A stretch of DNA of 64,000 nt from Verrucomicrobiota bacterium (lineage in GTDB: Bacteria; Verrucomicrobiota; Verrucomicrobiia; Limisphaerales; UBA11358), in contig JBEKYY010000016.1 in NCBI GenBank assembly GCA_049510395.1, positions 3,095-67,094 on the forward strand, written 5' to 3'. Each line of letters starts with the position of its first letter. The stretch's first letter is position 1. Positions 62,327 to 64,000 of this stretch are shown one piece after another. The notes under the pieces were generated by a model that worked only from the letters and a program-made list of their open reading frames with translations, had not been told where the DNA came from and made no database searches. The translations under genes and the position numbers were made by a program.

Positions 62327-63319
62327 TTACGTACGGTTTTTCGCCAATTGCTTCGCCAGTCGAATGGCGGCAATCATGCTGGAGGGATTGGCGATTCCTT
62401 TTCCCGCGATGTCGTAAGCCGTGCCGTGGTCGGGTGACGTGCGGATGAATGGCAGGCCCAGCGTCCAGTTCACACCGGTGTCAAACGCAACGGCTTTCAG
62501 CGGCGCGAGACCCTGGTCGTGATACATCGCCACCACGGCGTCAAAATCTCCCCGCAGGGCATAATGAAAAACCGTGTCACCGCTCAACGGACCAACAACG
62601 TCGAGCCCGCGTTTTTTCGCGGCGAGAACGGTCGGCGTGATGGTTTTTATTTCTTCGTCGCCAAATTGCCCGCCTTCGCCCGCGTGCGGATTCAAACCAC
62701 AAACAGCCACCCGCGCGCGCGGCAATTGCAAATCGCGGCACGCTTGCGCCGCCAATTCGATGGCGAGCGTGAGTTTTTCCGGCGTAAGCTTTTCCGGAAC
62801 CGATTTAATCGAAATGTGAATCGTGGCCAGCGCAATGCGCAGCCAGCGTCCGCGTTCATCATGGCCGAGCAGCATCATGGCGGTGCGTCTGGCATTGGCG
62901 AGTCCGGAAAGAAATTCCGTCTGGCCGGTGAATTCGTGTCCGGCACGGATGATGGATTCCTTGTTGACCGGCGCGGTCACGAGCGCGTCCAGTTCGTGGC
63001 GGAGGCAGCGTTCGGCACCATCACGCAGTGACGCAACGGCAGCGTGCGCGGCAACGGGCGAACCGGCGGGCAAATTCTCCGGCAGTGGCTCGGCCAATGG
63101 ATTCGTGACGAAGAACCGGCCGGACTCGCCGTAACCGGAAAAATTTTTCAGCGGCAGTTTGAGTCCGGACTTTTGGTTGAGGTGAAGCACGCAATCCCGG
63201 GCACCAATCAGCAGGTAGCGCGTTTGATCGCCGGCGGTTTCGGCGGCGATGGCTTTGAGCGCGACTTCGGGGCCGATGCCGGTGACATCGCCAAGCGTAA
63301 TGCCAATCCAGCCAGTCAT
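62327..63319 (-). CDS. pdxA: 4-hydroxythreonine-4-phosphate dehydrogenase
   Basis: MTGWIGITLGDVTGIGPEV..., GLNPHAGEGG, AMYHDQGL and IRTSPDHGTA. The ATG at 63319 is inside the listed ORF. Confidence 0.93.
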   Translation of the reverse strand: MTGWIGITLGDVTGIGPEVALKAIAAETAGDQTRYLLIGARDCVLHLNQKSGLKLPLKNFSGYGESGRFFVTNPLAEPLPENLPAGSPVAAHAAVASLRDGAERCLRHELDALVTAPVNKESIIRAGHEFTGQTEFLSGLANARRTAMMLLGHDERGRWLRIALATIHISIKSVPEKLTPEKLTLAIELAAQACRDLQLPRARVAVCGLNPHAGEGGQFGDEEIKTITPTVLAAKKRGLDVVGPLSGDTVFHYALRGDFDAVVAMYHDQGLAPLKAVAFDTGVNWTLGLPFIRTSPDHGTAYDIAGKGIANPSSMIAAIRLAKQLAKNRT

Positions 63320-63322
63320 TAA

Positions 63323-63352
63323 AGTTGAGAGTTGTTGGTTGAGAGTTGAGAG
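63323..63352 (-). repeat. short tandem-repeat leader (CTCTCAAC units) immediately upstream of the pdxA start
   Basis: The minus strand reads CTCTCAACTCTCAACCAACAACTCTCAACTTTA-ATG. Confidence 0.6.
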
Positions 63353-63380
63353 CAAAAACGCTCCCAACTCACAGTGGAAT

Positions 63381-64000
63381 TTAGAACAGGCGGATGAACG
63401 TTTTCTTTTTCAACTGCTCAATCCACTGTTGTTCGAGTTGTTTCTGCGCCTGTGTGCGGAGGGTCAACTCCACGTCATCACGCACTTCGTTGAGCGGTTT
63501 GACGTGCGCGGGGCGCACCTGCTCGACCAGCATGAGGTAGCAAGCTTCGGGCATTTCAATCACATCGCTGACCTGGCCGGGTTTGAGCGCGAAGGCGATA
63601 CCGGAGAGTTCCTTGCGCAAAACTGAGCGTTCGACCCAGCCCCGATCGCCACCCTGGCTGCGCTGCGAATCTTGCGAATAAACGGAAGCCATCTCCTGAA
63701 ACGTCGCGCCTTCCTTGATTTGGGCAAGGATTTCGCCAGCCAGGCGCACCGTGTTGGTATCGTCGCTGGAAGTTTTGTTGAGCACGATCATGCGCAATTT
63801 GACTTCGTCCTCAACTTTGAAATCGTCCTGGTGGACGAGATAGTAGGTTTCAACCTTGTAGGGCGAGATGATGATTTTTTCCGGCGCAGTGCTTTTGGCG
63901 CGCAACGCGGAAATGATGTATTGATCGCGCACCTCCCGGCGGAATTTTTCGTACGTCCGGCCCTGCGCCTGAAGCGTCTTCATCAACGTGATGCGGTCGC
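63381..64000 (-). CDS. SurA/PpiD-like peptidyl-prolyl isomerase (parvulin domain); N-terminus lies beyond the window end
   Basis: The parvulin block is ...FQEMASVYSQDSQRSQGGDRGWVERSVLRKELSGIAFALKPGQVSDVIE. The frame stays open to position 64000. The surA-pdxA order matches that in proteobacteria. Confidence 0.8.
   Translation of the reverse strand, partial: DRITLMKTLQAQGRTYEKFRREVRDQYIISALRAKSTAPEKIIISPYKVETYYLVHQDDFKVEDEVKLRMIVLNKTSSDDTNTVRLAGEILAQIKEGATFQEMASVYSQDSQRSQGGDRGWVERSVLRKELSGIAFALKPGQVSDVIEMPEACYLMLVEQVRPAHVKPLNEVRDDVELTLRTQAQKQLEQQWIEQLKKKTFIRLF

Overview
This is a high-G+C bacterial chromosomal segment. It is probably PVC superphylum, Verrucomicrobiota-like; that is inferred from a DUF1559/H-X9-DG pseudopilin, several dense GC-rich palindromic repeat families and large Ig/BNR secreted proteins. 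Most of it is housekeeping: rsmD, obg, rpmA-rplU, mazG, proB, apbC, sufD-sufU-sufT-sufS, aroF, ychF, pssA-psd, a greA-like gene, rsmB, fabI, an opp/dpp-type ABC transporter, pyrC, carA, prfB, trpC, pdxA and a surA-like gene. There are three tRNAs: Thr-CGU, Ser-CGA and Gly-UCC. I saw no rRNA, CRISPR array, transposase or integrase. Visibly lower-G+C islets interrupt the backbone.

Observations most worth follow-up:
1. A small ORF with seven consecutive aromatic codons (YFFYWFW), followed by an intrinsic terminator, sits directly upstream of the DAHP synthase gene. This is a candidate ribosome-mediated attenuator sensing Phe, Tyr and Trp.
2. A low-GC islet carries a SIR2-like/Ser-Thr kinase fusion gene split by a single in-frame TAA. 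It is a candidate single-gene defense protein, currently inactivated.
3. Head-to-head 3' fragments of aroF and sufS are joined at a microhomology. This marks a tandem-duplication or Campbell-type integration scar that brackets a 5.5-kb gene for an S53 peptidase-BNR-Ig-LamG protein.
4. A 4-kb three-gene glycosylation cassette (GT-B, YdjC deacetylase, ArnT-like GT-C) lies next to tRNA-Thr and is flanked by a duplicated tRNA 3' end and 114-bp direct repeats.
5. GC-rich palindromic elements are inserted in frame into obg, rsmB (twice) and trpC, and also supply stop codons.
6. A conserved C-terminal W...RFYR module is shared by four secreted proteins.

All calls come from reading the translations and the sequence by eye. 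No database searches or folding computations were run.
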